From: an uncultured Candidatus Saccharibacteria bacterium
Lineage (GTDB): Bacteria; Patescibacteriota; Minisyncoccia; Minisyncoccales; CAZBVF01
Direction of reading: 5' to 3'
DNA length: 64,000 bases
Assembly: GCA_964553275.1 (NCBI GenBank)
Contig: CAZKKG010000001.1
Location: 36,993 to 100,992, forward strand
A program made the position numbers and the translations under genes. The notes under the pieces are model-generated. The model searched no databases. It had not been told where the DNA came from and saw nothing but the letters and a program-made list of their open reading frames with translations. Below, in pieces: positions 62,641 through 64,000 of the stretch; the stretch's first letter is position 1, and every line of letters starts with the position of its first letter.

Positions 62641-63699
62641 TTAATTGAGGATAGCTATAATTTGATTGCAAGCGCAGCCTGCCGCGTTTTGAAGTTCTTC
62701 AACCTCCTTTATTTTATCTTCCATCTCTGAGACAGGGCAGGGATTTCCTTTTTTTGGCTTTAACGGAGAGCAGGGCATTGAGTCACCGCAATCATAATGG
62801 CACACTCCTTCGCATTGGGCTGTGCATTTCTCTGCTGTAAGGCATTCGTTTGGAAGCTCTGCTATCTCTTGGGAAATAGTTGCTATTTCTTCCATCGGGG
62901 CTAAAATTTCTTCTAAATACTTTTTTAGATTTTCAGCTTGTGACTCTGTTAATCTTCCCCAATATATAAAATGTTCAAGCTCAGAATCAATATCTTCTCT
63001 CTCGGAGTCTATCCTATTTCTATAGTACAACAATTCGGCTGCCGCTAAAACAATCTCTTTCTGTTTTTCAATGATCTCTTCTCTATTGGGGCAGGGATCG
63101 CCATAGCAGCGGATAGCTTGACAACTCCATCCAACACAATCGCATTCAGAAAATGTAGAGCAGCAACAGCATTCTTTAATCAATTCTAACAGCTCCTTGT
63201 CTCTATTTATCAGATTGGGAATGATAGTATCCCTAACCTTTTTAACCAAGTCTTTTATTCTGACTAAGGGGTCTTGAGAGACTGGAGCCGTTGGAGAGGG
63301 AGATGGGCCGACTTCGGCTTCTTCTAAGTCCTGTTTTTCTAATATAACCAAATCCGGGTTGATAGTGTTTAGAATGAAGACGGATCCCAGAAGTATTGCC
63401 ATTCCTAAAATAACAGCAGTTATTTGGTCCTTAGCGCCTTTAACGGCTGAAGGGCTGCCAACAGAGGTTAGATAACGTAATCCTGCCCAAACCAGGCATC
63501 CAAAAGCTATAATTCCCAATATCCATATTGAGAAATCAAAAAGATATTTTACATATTGAAATATGGAAGTTGAGGTACCGGGAGCTTCGGATCCTCCCGG
63601 GATGTCGGGATAATCAACATCTAATGCTCTTTCTGCCAACAAAATGGTTGTTGGCAAGAATATAAGGATTAAGATTGTCAATAAAATCTTTTTTATCAT
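62641..63699 (-). CDS. TrbC/VirB2-like pilin-domain protein with Cys-rich coiled-coil C-terminus
   Basis: LDVDYP...YVKYLFDF..WI.GIIAFG.LVWAG.RYLTS.GSP...AKDQI...INPDL; CCCCS..CDC..C..C.GDPCP. Confidence 0.75.
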   Translation of the reverse strand: MIKKILLTILILIFLPTTILLAERALDVDYPDIPGGSEAPGTSTSIFQYVKYLFDFSIWILGIIAFGCLVWAGLRYLTSVGSPSAVKGAKDQITAVILGMAILLGSVFILNTINPDLVILEKQDLEEAEVGPSPSPTAPVSQDPLVRIKDLVKKVRDTIIPNLINRDKELLELIKECCCCSTFSECDCVGWSCQAIRCYGDPCPNREEIIEKQKEIVLAAAELLYYRNRIDSEREDIDSELEHFIYWGRLTESQAENLKKYLEEILAPMEEIATISQEIAELPNECLTAEKCTAQCEGVCHYDCGDSMPCSPLKPKKGNPCPVSEMEDKIKEVEELQNAAGCACNQIIAILN

Positions 63700-63703
63700 A
63701 GTT

Positions 63704-64000
63704 TTAATCTTTTACCCTGCAACAGAAGAAGTTGTATTCATAACATTCTTCAATTACCTTGCATTCCTTATGGTTTTTTACAAGATGTTCAAATTCTTCT
63801 TTGCATTCGTCGATATCGAAACATTCACAATCTCCGAATAGTCCTTCCTGGTATTCATCTGCCAAAGATGAGAGGTTTGAAAAAAGATTATCTATATCTA
63901 CGCTGCCGCCGCTTGCACCCAGTATTTCACCATCAGGACCTATCGCTCCCATGCTTCTCTCGCAATTCAAGAAAAGCCATCCCGGAGCAATCTCTTCGGG
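63704..64000 (-). CDS. Cys-rich protein, 3' end only (runs off the right edge)
   Basis: Frame is open from 64000 (PEEIAPGWLFLNCER...) to the stop at 63704; ends C.C...C...C...C...NFFCCR. Confidence 0.65.
   Translation of the reverse strand, partial: PEEIAPGWLFLNCERSMGAIGPDGEILGASGGSVDIDNLFSNLSSLADEYQEGLFGDCECFDIDECKEEFEHLVKNHKECKVIEECYEYNFFCCRVKD

Noticed and set aside
1-64000. CRISPR array, cas genes, integrase, transposase or prophage genes
   Set aside because: No regularly spaced repeat-spacer array and no recognisable motifs for these proteins were found by eye

Overview
A 64-kb, AT-rich, gene-dense bacterial chromosome segment using the standard code (TGA is a stop). It contains the replication-origin region (dnaN-dnaA | rpmH-rnpA-yidD-yidC-jag). 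The gene content suggests a Patescibacteria/CPR organism, probably Parcubacteria (inference): alpha2-type GlyRS, IleRS with an inserted domain, VirB2-like pilin genes, giant secreted proteins and little metabolism. Housekeeping genes include glyS, ileS, tyrS, recO, smpB-ssrA-infC-rpmI-rplT, ruvA/B/C, uvrB, mutM, holA, rpsT, tsaE, murE-like and a class A PBP. Highlights: (1) a head-to-head Elp3 and Trm9/ALKBH8-like methyltransferase pair with an adjacent tRNA, a candidate eukaryote/archaea-type mcm5U34 wobble pathway in a bacterium, in a neighbourhood that also has rtcA, rtcB and a presenilin-like protease; (2) a six-gene signalling operon led by a circularly permuted, metal-site-degenerate, membrane-anchored metallo-beta-lactamase-fold protein, followed by a kinase-less HAMP sensor, a soluble PAS kinase and two stand-alone receivers; (3) a dispersed 58-68-bp repeat family, one copy lying in frame inside a protein N-terminus and two overlapping stop codons; (4) two ORF-less structured RNA candidates behind perfect sigma70 promoters; (5) a histidine-phosphatase domain inserted in IleRS. 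All family assignments come from motif recognition by eye; no database searches were run.
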